DNA from: Escherichia phage phiC120 | Direction: 5' to 3' (one strand) | Sequence record: KY703222 | Length of the DNA stretch: 64,000 nucleotides | Shown here: positions 19,091-30,009 of the stretch, piece by piece | Layout of the letters: every line of letters begins with the position of its first letter | Numbering within the stretch: the stretch's first letter is position 1 | Notes under the pieces: model-generated | What the model saw: the letters and a program-made list of their open reading frames with translations, nothing else | Databases searched by the model: none | What the model was told of the DNA's origin: nothing | Program-made: the position numbers and the translations under genes

Positions 19091-19456
19091 TTAGATATCG
19101 AATTCATTAAGAACTACATCAAAGATTGCTTCGAGATGTTCAGGTTTAGCTCGGTTACTCAGGATATGACGAATCCAAGTTTTAACCAAAAGTTTACGAT
19201 TGACACCGTTCCAGCAAGGATGAGTACCTAAATCACGCTGACGGAAATCATCATCTAATGCAATTTTGAAGTTGGAACCTTCCATCGTGATTGAAACCGT
19301 GATGCCATTTTCAAATCGCATATAAACGTAATTAGGAGTCATGCACTGTTCGATTTCACAAACTGTACCGTTTTTGTGTTTCCATAAGCAAATAACTTCA
19401 GAAGAACCAGCGATACCGTTAGAAACATATTTACGTTCGAAGTTGATGTAGTTCAT
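19091..19456 (-). CDS. hypothetical protein (121 aa)
   Basis: ORF preceded by early-type promoter and RBS GGAGAATAAA. Confidence 0.45.
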   Translation of the reverse strand: MNYINFERKYVSNGIAGSSEVICLWKHKNGTVCEIEQCMTPNYVYMRFENGITVSITMEGSNFKIALDDDFRQRDLGTHPCWNGVNRKLLVKTWIRHILSNRAKPEHLEAIFDVVLNEFDI

Positions 19457-19497
19457 TTTATTCTCCAGATGTTTAAGTTGTTTGTTGGTACAGGTCT

Positions 19498-19526
19498 ATA
19501 ATAACATAACCTGTACCAAAGTAAAC
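19498..19526 (-). promoter_or_regulatory. early-type promoter (GTTTAC -35, TATTAT -10) with -10 inside inverted repeat GGTACAGG/CCTGTACC
   Basis: Minus strand GTTTAC-N17-TATTAT; the -10 is bracketed by an 8-bp perfect inverted repeat. Confidence 0.5.
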
Positions 19527-19530
19527 TGTT

Positions 19531-19899
19531 TTATGCAACTTTAATCCAATTGTCTAAATTTAAAACACCTTTGGCTTTCATTTTTTCGATCAGGTTATCT
19601 GCTGTAATGCGTCCATTTTGATACCATGTAACATCTTCAGAGTAACCAGTTTCTTCGTCAACATATGTTTCTGAACGAATTTTACCTGTAATAATAGTTT
19701 TTAATTCGTATGTGTCACCTGTGAAAAAGTTTGCTAACACAATTTTCCAAGAGAAATCATTTGAAGGACCTTCAGGAGTTGTACAACCTACGATCTCAAA
19801 TTGCTCTTTGTATAACATCCACTGGAATTCTTTAATTTCGATAGCTTTATAACCGTCGTGGTCTTTACATTTGATGTATGAGTTCAGATTGATTTTCAT
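19531..19899 (-). CDS. hypothetical protein (122 aa)
   Basis: ORF preceded by early-type promoter and RBS. Confidence 0.45.
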   Translation of the reverse strand: MKINLNSYIKCKDHDGYKAIEIKEFQWMLYKEQFEIVGCTTPEGPSNDFSWKIVLANFFTGDTYELKTIITGKIRSETYVDEETGYSEDVTWYQNGRITADNLIEKMKAKGVLNLDNWIKVA

Positions 19900-19941
19900 T
19901 TTGTTCTCCAGTTTGTTTTATTGATTAGGTGGTACAAGTCT

Positions 19942-19970
19942 ATAGTAACACATCCTACAGGAGAGTAAAC
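19942..19970 (-). promoter_or_regulatory. early-type promoter (GTTTAC -35, TACTAT -10)
   Basis: Minus strand GTTTAC-N17-TACTAT upstream of ORF 19531..19899. Confidence 0.5.
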
Positions 19971-20006
19971 ATCTTTTTAAACTTTTTCTGCCCTAAACGC
20001 ACAAAA

Positions 20007-20024
20007 GGGAGACCGAAGTCTCCC
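20007..20024 (-). terminator. hairpin GGGAGACCGAAGTCTCCC with T-run on minus strand
   Basis: 18-nt perfect stem-loop; the identical element recurs at 35112. Confidence 0.55.
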
Positions 20025-20029
20025 TAAAA

Positions 20030-20206
20030 TTATGCAACAACCTTTCCAAAACGAGAAGCATCATCTCGAAGAACTGCACGTGCTCTGCGCATGATCTTCT
20101 CAACTGTTTGATTAATACGAGAGTTCGACCCACGCTTGTATCCAGCGCGTTTAGAATCACCGACTTTCTTTTCAACTGCTTTCTTTGCTTTAGTTTGTTT
20201 TGCCAT
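20030..20206 (-). CDS. small basic protein (58 aa)
   Basis: Hand-translated MAKQTKAKKAVEKKVGDSKRAGYKRGSNSRINQTVEKIMRRARAVLRDDASRFGKVVA; lysine/arginine-rich; below the 60-aa cutoff. Confidence 0.4.
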   Translation of the reverse strand: MAKQTKAKKAVEKKVGDSKRAGYKRGSNSRINQTVEKIMRRARAVLRDDASRFGKVVA

Positions 20207-20578
20207 TATAAATTCTCTTTAAATGAAAATGCAGGACTTATTGACATTGCCTGCTCAAGCCCTCAAGGGGAACATAGGTTTTTGGATATTTAACGACCAG
20301 GATAACCATAAACCCGTCATCATACCTTATAGCTCTTATCTGTTGCACACCGTTAGCTTAAAGGTTCCGGGTTCGATTTCTCGAGGATAAGATATATACT
20401 GATGGATATATAGGCCTTGAGGCGTACTCCCGATTAGCCATCACCTCGGGGTAGCATGCACTTACCGCTATAAGAACAACATTCAAGAGGTACACCGTAA
20501 AATTGTCGGGGCGGTACTTCTAAAACATACCGATTCGCAAATCGATAATCAGACAATTCGACGGCTCCTCGATTTAAC

Positions 20579-20827
20579 TTACTTCAGGGTAATAACAAAA
20601 TGACGAACTGCTTTACGAGCTGCTGAAGCCAGAGGCTTAGCATATTTCAATTCATCTTTCTGAGCCAGTACATCACGAAGATCGGCCTGTGCTGGATTCA
20701 GATGTTTGAAATACTGTAAGATTTCCAGTGCTTCGGCTTCAACATCAATTGACGCACCGTAGTTTTCGTGACCATTATTCCATGCATGGCGTTGCAGTTC
20801 AAGAGCGTGTTGTAATTGTTTAATCAT
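20579..20827 (-). CDS. rIII: RIII lysis-inhibition accessory protein
   Basis: 82 aa; MIKQLQHALELQRHAWNNGHENYGASIDVEAEALEIL... close to remembered T4 RIII. Confidence 0.9.
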   Translation of the reverse strand: MIKQLQHALELQRHAWNNGHENYGASIDVEAEALEILQYFKHLNPAQADLRDVLAQKDELKYAKPLASAARKAVRHFVITLK

Positions 20828-20951
20828 TTTAAATTCTCAATTCGAGATAATATTTAGTAGCCACGTTCGTCTGAATTTCACCTTCTTTCGACAAGTCTCT
20901 CAGTTGTAGGCTACCGCTTAGAAGAGTGTTCTCTTCATATAGTTATTTATA

Positions 20952-21284
20952 TCACTTATAAAGACACGGAATAGCTTTATAGTGGCATGTTACGAATTTC
21001 TGTTTAATTTCTTTAGGTTGTTTAAGACCTAAAGCCACAAATGGATGTGGAACATTTCGAATTTGTCCAACTGGTAGTGGAGTCAAATCACCGGCTTCAA
21101 CAAAACCTTCAGGAACATCAGGACCTACAGAATGAACTACACATAGTTCAGGAACTTCACCTTGAACACGTTTACCAATCACAAGTCCTGATTCGGTAAC
21201 TTCTTCATCACCTGCTTGAGCGGGTTCAGAAACCAGAATGACATATTCACCAACAGCACGAATTGGGAGTTGTACTTCAGACAT
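20952..21284 (-). CDS. 31: gp31 co-chaperonin (GroES-like)
   Basis: 110 aa; [34 protein letters not shown]... close to remembered T4 gp31. Confidence 0.9.
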   Translation of the reverse strand: MSEVQLPIRAVGEYVILVSEPAQAGDEEVTESGLVIGKRVQGEVPELCVVHSVGPDVPEGFVEAGDLTPLPVGQIRNVPHPFVALGLKQPKEIKQKFVTCHYKAIPCLYK

Positions 21285-21314
21285 CTTATTTCCTTGTTGT
21301 TTGACGATAGATTA

Positions 21315-21339
21315 ATAATACCATACTATTCGTAAAGCA
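21315..21339 (-). promoter_or_regulatory. middle promoter (MotA box TGCTTTA plus TATTAT) for gene 31
   Basis: Minus strand TGCTTTA, 12-nt spacer, TATTAT, then RBS and the gene 31 ATG. Confidence 0.55.
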
Positions 21340-21341
21340 TA

Positions 21342-21650
21342 TTACATAAGAAGCAAACGTTCGACCGGAGTACCATCAACCGAAATTACTTTATCAAGGC
21401 GGAAAGAACGCCACTGACCTAACTCGGTATCGAATGCTCGAACTGATTCACGAGGTTCAGAACGAACTTCTGTTGATGGGTTACTATTTTCATATTTGAC
21501 TTCAAGTTCATCGCGCGAAGCAAACATAGTGCGTACATCACCGTTAGCCTTTTCAAATACAACACAATGAACGCCTACAGACAGAATAGTTTTAATACGT
21601 TCACGAAGAACCATAGTTTCTTGTTCAGTTAAAATCATATTATTCACCAC
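21342..21650 (-). CDS. hypothetical protein (102 aa), 31.1 position
   Basis: ORF between cd and gene 31. Confidence 0.45.
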   Translation of the reverse strand: MVNNMILTEQETMVLRERIKTILSVGVHCVVFEKANGDVRTMFASRDELEVKYENSNPSTEVRSEPRESVRAFDTELGQWRSFRLDKVISVDGTPVERLLLM

Positions 21651-22221
21651 AAAAGTTTCGGATTTGTTCCCAATTCAGAGAACGAAGATTATTACGAGAG
21701 TACTGAATTACTTCAATACCAGCTTGTTTTAGAATATCTGCCCAATTTTCAGGAGATCGGTCGTATAATTCTGCGTATACGACCTTTTTAATACCTGACT
21801 GCGTAATAGCTTTAGTACAATCAGGACATGGAGAAAGCGTCGTATATAACGTAGCACCTTCAATAGAATTACCTTTACGAGCTGCAAACAAAATTGCATT
21901 CAATTCTGCATGGATTTCATTATTAGCAGACCATGCACTATGAGCAGCTCGATGTTCTTTGGCTAAAACAAAATTATCTACTCGTCCAAATGCTGTAGTG
22001 CCTTCTTTATGTCCAGCAACGATGACTGGGATTGGTTTATTCTTCAACCAACCATTTTCAGATGCATGTTCGCAACAGTTAACGCCACCTGCAGGTGAAC
22101 CGTTATATCCAGTAGAGATAATGCGTCCATCTTTTTCAATGACGGCACCAACTTTCCATGAACAACATTTTGATTCTTGAGAAATCAGATATGCAATCTG
22201 AAGGTATGTGCTAGCTTTCAT
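21640..22221 (-). CDS. cd: dCMP deaminase
   Basis: 193 aa; zinc-binding HAE...PCxxC motifs (HAELNAILFAA, SPCPDC); close to remembered T4 Cd. Confidence 0.9.
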   Translation of the reverse strand: MKASTYLQIAYLISQESKCCSWKVGAVIEKDGRIISTGYNGSPAGGVNCCEHASENGWLKNKPIPVIVAGHKEGTTAFGRVDNFVLAKEHRAAHSAWSANNEIHAELNAILFAARKGNSIEGATLYTTLSPCPDCTKAITQSGIKKVVYAELYDRSPENWADILKQAGIEVIQYSRNNLRSLNWEQIRNFCGE

Positions 22222-23213
22222 TATTGAACCTTATTAATATAAGTTAACAGCTCTTTAGTTTGTTCCCAACTGATGCACGCATCGGTAACGGAAACGCCAT
22301 AGGACATATTATCAGAAATTTTTTGATTTCCTTCATGTAGGAACGATTCTATCATAATTCCTTTGACCAAATCATTAGCTGCTAAATTTTTACCAATACC
22401 AATTTGATTGCTATAATGCCCATCAGCGTTTGCATGGCTACAGTCAACCATTACATAATGATTCAGACCTACTGCCCTTGCTTTGTTAGAAGCTTCTTGA
22501 ATATCAGAAGAATGATAGTTCGGGCCGTTGGTCCCGCCACGCAATACGATATGCGTATTCTGATTACCTTCAGCTTCAACAATGCCTACAGTACCATCGA
22601 CGTCCATACCCATATACCGATGAGGCCAGGCGGCACTATACATCGCGTCTGTAGCTACTTTAATAGAACCATTGGTTGCGTTCTTGAAGCCTACGCACAT
22701 CGGTAGACCTGAAGCAATTTCACGATGTGTCTGACTTTCAGTCGTACGGGCGCCAATAGCAACCCATGAGAAAATACCAGAAAGATACTTAATCGTGAAT
22801 GGGTCTAATACTTCAGTTGCTAATGGAAGTCCCATACGTAGAAGTTTACGACACAATGTTCGTGCAACTATAAGACCGTGGTTCATATCAAAACTTCCGT
22901 CAAGATATGGATCATTTACAAGACCTTTCCAACCTACGGTAGTTCGAGGCTTTTCAAAATAAACGCGCATCACTAACAGAACATTAGGAAGACGAGTTTG
23001 AAGTTCAGCCAGACGTTTGCCGTATTCAACAGCAGCAATAGGGTCATGAATTGAACAAGGACCTACAACAATAAGTTTGCGTGGGTCTTCACCGTTCATA
23101 ATCGAATTAACTTGTTCGCGATGAGAAGCCACTTGTGATGCGTAAGCTTCCGACAAAGGAATAATCTCAGCCAGTTCTTTTGGAGAAATAAGTTTTCCGA
23201 CGACAGGTAACAT
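22221..23213 (-). CDS. class I DAHP synthase (3-deoxy-7-phosphoheptulonate synthase, AroG/AroF-like)
   Basis: 330 aa; VMRVYFEKPRTTVGWKGL, IGARTTESQTHRE, GFKNATNGSIKVA, LRGG..PNY, VMVDCSHAN and IESFLHEGNQ align with remembered E. coli AroG motifs. Confidence 0.85.
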   Translation of the reverse strand: MLPVVGKLISPKELAEIIPLSEAYASQVASHREQVNSIMNGEDPRKLIVVGPCSIHDPIAAVEYGKRLAELQTRLPNVLLVMRVYFEKPRTTVGWKGLVNDPYLDGSFDMNHGLIVARTLCRKLLRMGLPLATEVLDPFTIKYLSGIFSWVAIGARTTESQTHREIASGLPMCVGFKNATNGSIKVATDAMYSAAWPHRYMGMDVDGTVGIVEAEGNQNTHIVLRGGTNGPNYHSSDIQEASNKARAVGLNHYVMVDCSHANADGHYSNQIGIGKNLAANDLVKGIMIESFLHEGNQKISDNMSYGVSVTDACISWEQTKELLTYINKVQ

Positions 23214-23333
23214 AACAATCCTTAGGAGATATAAACAGATTCTGATTCAACAATACCTTTAACCGGATTAGACAGGCTAAGTTGGTAGTGCTCAGATTTA
23301 TGACCATTCTCAATAGTAATGAGATAGCTCTCA

Positions 23334-23570
23334 TTATAGTGTTCCATATACTCGAGTTGCTTCAACAAGACCATCACTGCCTAATTTAAGGCTAGTAATC
23401 TGGTCACCATCTTTAGGATTAACGATTATGAGAAAAGAACGTGGAGATTCTTGAATAACTCGTAATGTTGCATCCTGGAAACGTTCAGACACTTTATTGA
23501 TGAGTGCTTGAGCAAATTCTTTTACTTTAATCTGAAATTCGTGTACTGTAATTGGGGTTTCACTTAGCAT
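23334..23570 (-). CDS. hypothetical protein (78 aa)
   Basis: ORF preceded by early-type promoter and RBS GAGGAAA. Confidence 0.45.
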   Translation of the reverse strand: MLSETPITVHEFQIKVKEFAQALINKVSERFQDATLRVIQESPRSFLIIVNPKDGDQITSLKLGSDGLVEATRVYGTL

Positions 23571-23599
23571 TTCGATTTCCTCATTGTGTTGGTAGAGTT

Positions 23600-23629
23600 A
23601 TAGTATCACAACTCCACCATGTTGTAAAC
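23600..23629 (-). promoter_or_regulatory. early-type promoter (GTTTAC -35, TACTAT -10)
   Basis: Minus strand GTTTAC-N18-TACTAT; shares the TAGTATCACA core with the element at 13141. Confidence 0.5.
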
Positions 23630-23905
23630 TTAAATTGCAAAACATTTAATTTCTTGTGAATCGAAATCAACTTCACACTGAATTACTAGTTCGGCATCAA
23701 GACCAAACACAACAATCGCATGAGCCGAGCTGGGCAGCAATGTAACAGACACAGAATCCACTTGGTCAGGCACCAGAGTATTCAAAACGTAGAGTAGTTC
23801 AGAGTGGACCTTAAGCTCAGTAGCAGTATCCAGCTTATCAAAGAAATGATTTGCGATAATCTGGCTAAAAACTACCTTTACAATTTCAGAATATTTAGGG
23901 AACAT
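23630..23905 (-). CDS. hypothetical protein (91 aa)
   Basis: ORF in the cd-pseT accessory cluster. Confidence 0.45.
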   Translation of the reverse strand: MFPKYSEIVKVVFSQIIANHFFDKLDTATELKVHSELLYVLNTLVPDQVDSVSVTLLPSSAHAIVVFGLDAELVIQCEVDFDSQEIKCFAI

Positions 23906-23912
23906 AATTACC

Positions 23913-24137
23913 TCAGTGCACAGTATTTACTTTAACTCGAACAACAAATTGCTCGGTCGGTTCACCTACAGGAACAAACTCTACATGATATTCGCCTTTG
24001 TAACGAGTATTCAGGTCGTTACGAATTTCGGTAAGCTTGTTGATTAATGTAGAACTCATATTAAGTCCTACTAGTTTACGAAGCATTTTGTATGCTTCAT
24101 CTTCGATTTCATGATGTTTATCGTACATAATTTTCAT
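23913..24137 (-). CDS. hypothetical protein (74 aa)
   Basis: ORF in the cd-pseT accessory cluster. Confidence 0.45.
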   Translation of the reverse strand: MKIMYDKHHEIEDEAYKMLRKLVGLNMSSTLINKLTEIRNDLNTRYKGEYHVEFVPVGEPTEQFVVRVKVNTVH

Positions 24138-24308
24138 TTAACCATTCAATTGCCTGGTCGACGTTATCAAATATACCACCGTCCAAACGTTCTTCATGCT
24201 CATAGTCCAGCACATCAATACCGAACTGTCCATTTACTAAAGGCCAGGCTACAAACAAATATTCTTTATGCTGTTCGATGGCCTCAATCACTTCATATAA
24301 TCGTTTCA

Positions 24309-24309
<1 letters not shown>
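24118..24309 (-). CDS. hypothetical protein (63 aa)
   Basis: ORF abutting pseT. Confidence 0.4.
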
Positions 24310-25395
<1,086 letters not shown>

Positions 25396-25396
<1 letters not shown>

Positions 25397-25695
25397 TATT
25401 TTATTCCTAAGAAAGTTTCAAGAATACGAATGTTATGCTCGCGCCGGTCTTTATTAATTTCAGCAACGTTTTTATTAATTGACGTACTTCTAACGTTTGA
25501 AGAAATAAATTTAATCATATGACTTTTGAGTTGTTGCAAATCCAACCCTTTTTCTTTAGCAGCTTTACGAAGAGCTTTACCTGCTTCATCTAGTGCCTTT
25601 GCAGCATCTTTGTCATAATTGTCAAGTGACGTTCCACGGCAGATATCAATATACTCATCAGACCGTTTTATGTAATTCTCTAGTAATGTTTTCAT
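25396..25695 (-). CDS. hypothetical protein (99 aa)
   Basis: ORF preceded by early-type promoter. Confidence 0.4.
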
Positions 25696-25718
25696 TTAGA
25701 TTTCCTCAATTATCCATA

Positions 25719-25753
25719 GGAGCATTATACTCTGCTCCCGAGAGTTTGTAAAC
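25719..25753 (-). promoter_or_regulatory. early promoter (GTTTAC -35, TATAAT -10) with -10 inside inverted repeat GGAGCA/TGCTCC
   Basis: Minus strand GTTTAC-N18-TATAAT; element GGAGCAGAGTATAATGCTCC recurs near 54006. Confidence 0.55.
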
Positions 25754-25977
25754 TATTTTACTAAAGATTCGATATACTCATGAAGAGCTTTAGTCGCTAC
25801 TGCCCACTTGTTTTGGTATTCATTTTTCAGATTAGCACGAGACTGAACTAACAAGCGGTCATTAGTCGGAGGCAAAGATTCTAATCGTTGAATCTGGCGC
25901 CCATAAATCATAGCCGCCATTTCAGATTCATAGATAAGCCCTTTAATGTATTCATGCTGTTCTTTAGTCATTGGCAT
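25753..25977 (-). CDS. hypothetical protein (74 aa)
   Basis: ORF between the spanin pair and pseT. Confidence 0.4.
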   Translation of the reverse strand: MPMTKEQHEYIKGLIYESEMAAMIYGRQIQRLESLPPTNDRLLVQSRANLKNEYQNKWAVATKALHEYIESLVK

Positions 25978-26258
25978 TTTTCCTCTTTTAAACCACTACG
26001 ATAATAACATAACATAGTCTTCTGGTCATGTACATATCTTTTTACGTCGTTTAACCAGATACGAAATTCTTGAGAGTCTTCAAATGGCATTCCAACCCAT
26101 GGATTACCATCAATAACCTTTACTTGCCATTTCTGGTTATATTCAGCAATAGATTCAGGCCATTGCGGATGTAAAGTTTCTTTAGGGCTTAAGGGCACAT
26201 CCTGGGCACATCCGGCCAAAATGCCAATAGATAATACAACTGCGGTTAATTTAATCAT
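25968..26258 (-). CDS. outer-membrane spanin (lipoprotein), pseT.2-like
   Basis: 96 aa; signal peptide with lipobox LAGC; immediately downstream of the i-spanin candidate. Confidence 0.7.
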   Translation of the reverse strand: MIKLTAVVLSIGILAGCAQDVPLSPKETLHPQWPESIAEYNQKWQVKVIDGNPWVGMPFEDSQEFRIWLNDVKRYVHDQKTMLCYYRSGLKEEKCQ

Positions 26259-26611
26259 TCTGAGAGCTTCCTGAGGTCTTCTGCAAAGGAATCGAAGGAC
26301 CTGTTGATTTGTTTTTCGACCAATCCTGGCTTACTTGCCACCACGTTCTTCTTCTTCGAATCCTTACGGAGCTTTTCATTTTCAGCCTTAAGTTGGTCAA
26401 CTAAAACACGGTTCTTATAAGTCATTTCTTCGATTGACTGATATTGAACTTTGAAGTCGTCTAATACTTTAGCATTGTTTTTAGCAGCCTCTTTAACAGA
26501 AGCTAATTCAGTATTCAACGAATCAACTTTGTTGTTTAAGACAACTATTGTTACCGTAGAAACTAGAGCAAAAGCTGCTACTATAGCGTAAATCGGATTT
26601 ACTTTAAGCAT
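26255..26611 (-). CDS. inner-membrane spanin, pseT.3-like
   Basis: 118 aa; N-terminal transmembrane helix IYAIVAAFALVSTVTIVVL then coiled-coil-like region; 4-nt overlap with the lipoprotein ORF. Confidence 0.7.
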   Translation of the reverse strand: MLKVNPIYAIVAAFALVSTVTIVVLNNKVDSLNTELASVKEAAKNNAKVLDDFKVQYQSIEEMTYKNRVLVDQLKAENEKLRKDSKKKNVVASKPGLVEKQINRSFDSFAEDLRKLSE

Positions 26612-27099
26612 GTTTTAATAATCTCAATGATTTCATCTCGGGATAATCCATTGATAAGAACGGTTTTCAAACCATCACACTGGATTTTGTACGATTCAAA
26701 CAATACACACAACTCTTCTGCTGTATGATACGGGCTTGAAATTCCGAGGCGGTTGAATTTGTCGGTAAGAGGGTCGCAAATAATGTAGAATTTTATACCT
26801 GCGATATGTACGTTTGGTTGACTAATATTAATGAACACATTAGCGTCATATTTAGTCAAATTGTTTTGAAGAAATTCAACCATGGCATTAACCGCTTCCG
26901 GCATTGCTTCACGTTTTTCTTCAGCGTATCGAGTAGAATACTCTTTTTGTTTTACTTTCTTTTTAAGATTTTTGGCCAGTGTAACACGGAGGTCAGTAAG
27001 ATAACCAACTGGACGGCCTTTCTTAAAGACTCGGATTCCATCTGTAGAATCACCAAATGCTGCCACAACCATATCGTTAGTAATCAATTGCATATTCAT
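26599..27099 (-). CDS. alc: Alc, inhibitor of host (cytosine-DNA) transcription
   Basis: 167 aa from internal Met (MNMQLITNDM...), the remembered T4 Alc length; early promoter and RBS GAGGAGAAAA lie inside the longer ORF version. Confidence 0.75.
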   Translation of the reverse strand: MNMQLITNDMVVAAFGDSTDGIRVFKKGRPVGYLTDLRVTLAKNLKKKVKQKEYSTRYAEEKREAMPEAVNAMVEFLQNNLTKYDANVFINISQPNVHIAGIKFYIICDPLTDKFNRLGISSPYHTAEELCVLFESYKIQCDGLKTVLINGLSRDEIIEIIKTCLK

Positions 27100-27129
27100 A
27101 ATTTTCTCCTCGTGTTGTTGATAAAAGCC

Positions 27130-27159
27130 ATAGTAACACCTTCCTTGGTGTTTGTAAAC
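27130..27159 (-). promoter_or_regulatory. early-type promoter (GTTTAC -35, TACTAT -10) for alc
   Basis: Minus strand GTTTAC-N18-TACTAT followed by RBS and ATG. Confidence 0.5.
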
Positions 27160-27161
27160 CA

Positions 27162-28295
<1,134 letters not shown>

Positions 28296-28341
28296 TCAGT
28301 TAGTTTTTTTAAATTGTACCACAATCCTTGTGGTATGTAAA

Positions 28342-28752
28342 CTACTTTTTCTTATGTTGGATATTCCAAGGCGGGTTGAACTTTTTGATAAAAAGCGGTT
28401 CTTCAAGGTCCATTGTTGCGATGGTCATTGAACCAAGTTCGTTGGTGACTGAAAGGTCAAAACATTGGCGGGCCCAGAATTCAACCTTTTTACCTTGCAT
28501 TAAGGCATCCAAAATCATAAGTGATTTTCTTGAATCTGAAGTCTGGTCTTTTCGATTTATGGCTGTTCGATAATAGTTAATGCGTTTCTTTAAATTCTTG
28601 GTTTTACCAATATACACAAGTTCGTCATCTATAGCAATAGCGTATATGACATTTTTCTTATTAGGGGCATCAATGGTTTTAATTGTTGCATCTTCTAATA
28701 GCTCCAATTCTATATATTTAATAAAGGAATATTCGGCGGCAATATCTTTCAT
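28342..28752 (-). CDS. denA: endonuclease II (GIY-YIG-like)
   Basis: 136 aa; VIYAIAIDDELVYIGKTKNLKKRINYYRT (GIY-YIG-type) and C-terminal FNPPWNIQHKKK close to remembered T4 EndoII. Confidence 0.85.
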   Translation of the reverse strand: MKDIAAEYSFIKYIELELLEDATIKTIDAPNKKNVIYAIAIDDELVYIGKTKNLKKRINYYRTAINRKDQTSDSRKSLMILDALMQGKKVEFWARQCFDLSVTNELGSMTIATMDLEEPLFIKKFNPPWNIQHKKK

Positions 28753-28759
28753 AATAAAG

Positions 28760-28773
28760 TGGGACCGAAGTCC
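28760..28773 (-). terminator. hairpin GGGACCGAAGTCCC
   Basis: Perfect inverted repeat with CGAA loop between nrdB and denA. Confidence 0.45.
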
Positions 28774-28778
28774 CGTCC

Positions 28779-29954
28779 TTAGAAATATTTTTTGTATGAA
28801 TTGATTACATTTTGGTCTACATCATTATCAATTTGTGCAACAAGATAAGAACTGATTTCAACTTCCTGAGGAGCTGCTTGAACTAAATCAGAGTTCAGAT
28901 ATTCACGAATCCAAGGATAAGGATGTTTGGTCGGAGCATCAGTAATTGGACACGGTAAACCACATTGTTTCATACGAGACACAGTCAAGTAATCAACAAA
29001 AGCACACATACTCTGTGTATTGATACCTGGACATGTACCGTCTTTAAAGAGGTGTGCAGCCCATTCCTTCTCTTGACTATTTACTTCCATAAAAATGTCA
29101 ACTGCTTCTTGTTCACATTCTTTAGCAATTTGGACCCACTCATCGCCATCAGTACCAGATTGAAGTTGACGGATAATGTACTGAGTACCCTTGAGATGGA
29201 GTTGTTCGTCACGAGCAATGAACTTCATAATCTTTGCATTGCCTTCCATAATTTCCATATTTTTATGGAAGTTGAAAGTACATGCAAATGATACGTAAAA
29301 ACGAATAGCTTCTAAGGCGTTGATAACATGCAAACAGAGATAAAGAGACTTCATTAAATCACGCTTGGCGTTAAACATTATTTCTTCGTACATCTCAATA
29401 TCATTCTGCTGGCATGAGCCTATTGAACACTCATAAACTTCCTTAGCATTTTCCCAATGGCGGGTCTTGACTAGAACATCATCGTAATATTTACCTATTG
29501 ATTCGGCTCGTTTCATGATTGCTTCGTCTAATACAATCTCATCAAATACCTTAGATGGATCGGTATAAAGATTTCGCATAATATGAGTATACGAACGAGA
29601 GTGAATAGTTTCACTGAATGTCCATGTTGCAACCCACGTATCTAATGAAGGGTCGGAAAGCAGTGCCATAAGTACCGCAGATGGGGCCCTGCCTTGGATA
29701 GAATCCAATAATGATTGATACTTAAGATTGTTTGTAAAGATGTCCTGTTGGAACTGAGGAAGCTTATTGAACTGTGCGGAGTCCAACATCAAGTTTACCT
29801 CTTCTGGGCGCCAGAAAAACGACAATTGTTTTTCAATAAGTTCTTCGAAAACTTTATGACGCTGAATATCATACCGCGCGAGGCCAAGACCAGAACCAAA
29901 GAACATCGGTTCATTCAAAACATCGACTTGTTGTGTGTTAAAAACTGTACTCAT
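28779..29954 (-). CDS. nrdB: ribonucleotide reductase small subunit (uninterrupted)
   Basis: 391 aa continuous ORF with di-iron/tyrosyl radical features; gene order. Confidence 0.9.
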   Translation of the reverse strand: MSTVFNTQQVDVLNEPMFFGSGLGLARYDIQRHKVFEELIEKQLSFFWRPEEVNLMLDSAQFNKLPQFQQDIFTNNLKYQSLLDSIQGRAPSAVLMALLSDPSLDTWVATWTFSETIHSRSYTHIMRNLYTDPSKVFDEIVLDEAIMKRAESIGKYYDDVLVKTRHWENAKEVYECSIGSCQQNDIEMYEEIMFNAKRDLMKSLYLCLHVINALEAIRFYVSFACTFNFHKNMEIMEGNAKIMKFIARDEQLHLKGTQYIIRQLQSGTDGDEWVQIAKECEQEAVDIFMEVNSQEKEWAAHLFKDGTCPGINTQSMCAFVDYLTVSRMKQCGLPCPITDAPTKHPYPWIREYLNSDLVQAAPQEVEISSYLVAQIDNDVDQNVINSYKKYF

Positions 29955-30009
29955 TATATTTTCTCACTTAGTTATTAACTCATCCATGAGTAAATTATAA
30001 TCAAAAGTC

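Noticed and set aside
20360-20385. tRNA-like T-loop motif (GGTTCCGGGTTCGATTTC)
   Set aside because: Flanking sequence cannot form a 5-bp T-stem or acceptor stem; no cloverleaf could be built by eye on either strand. Not called as a tRNA.
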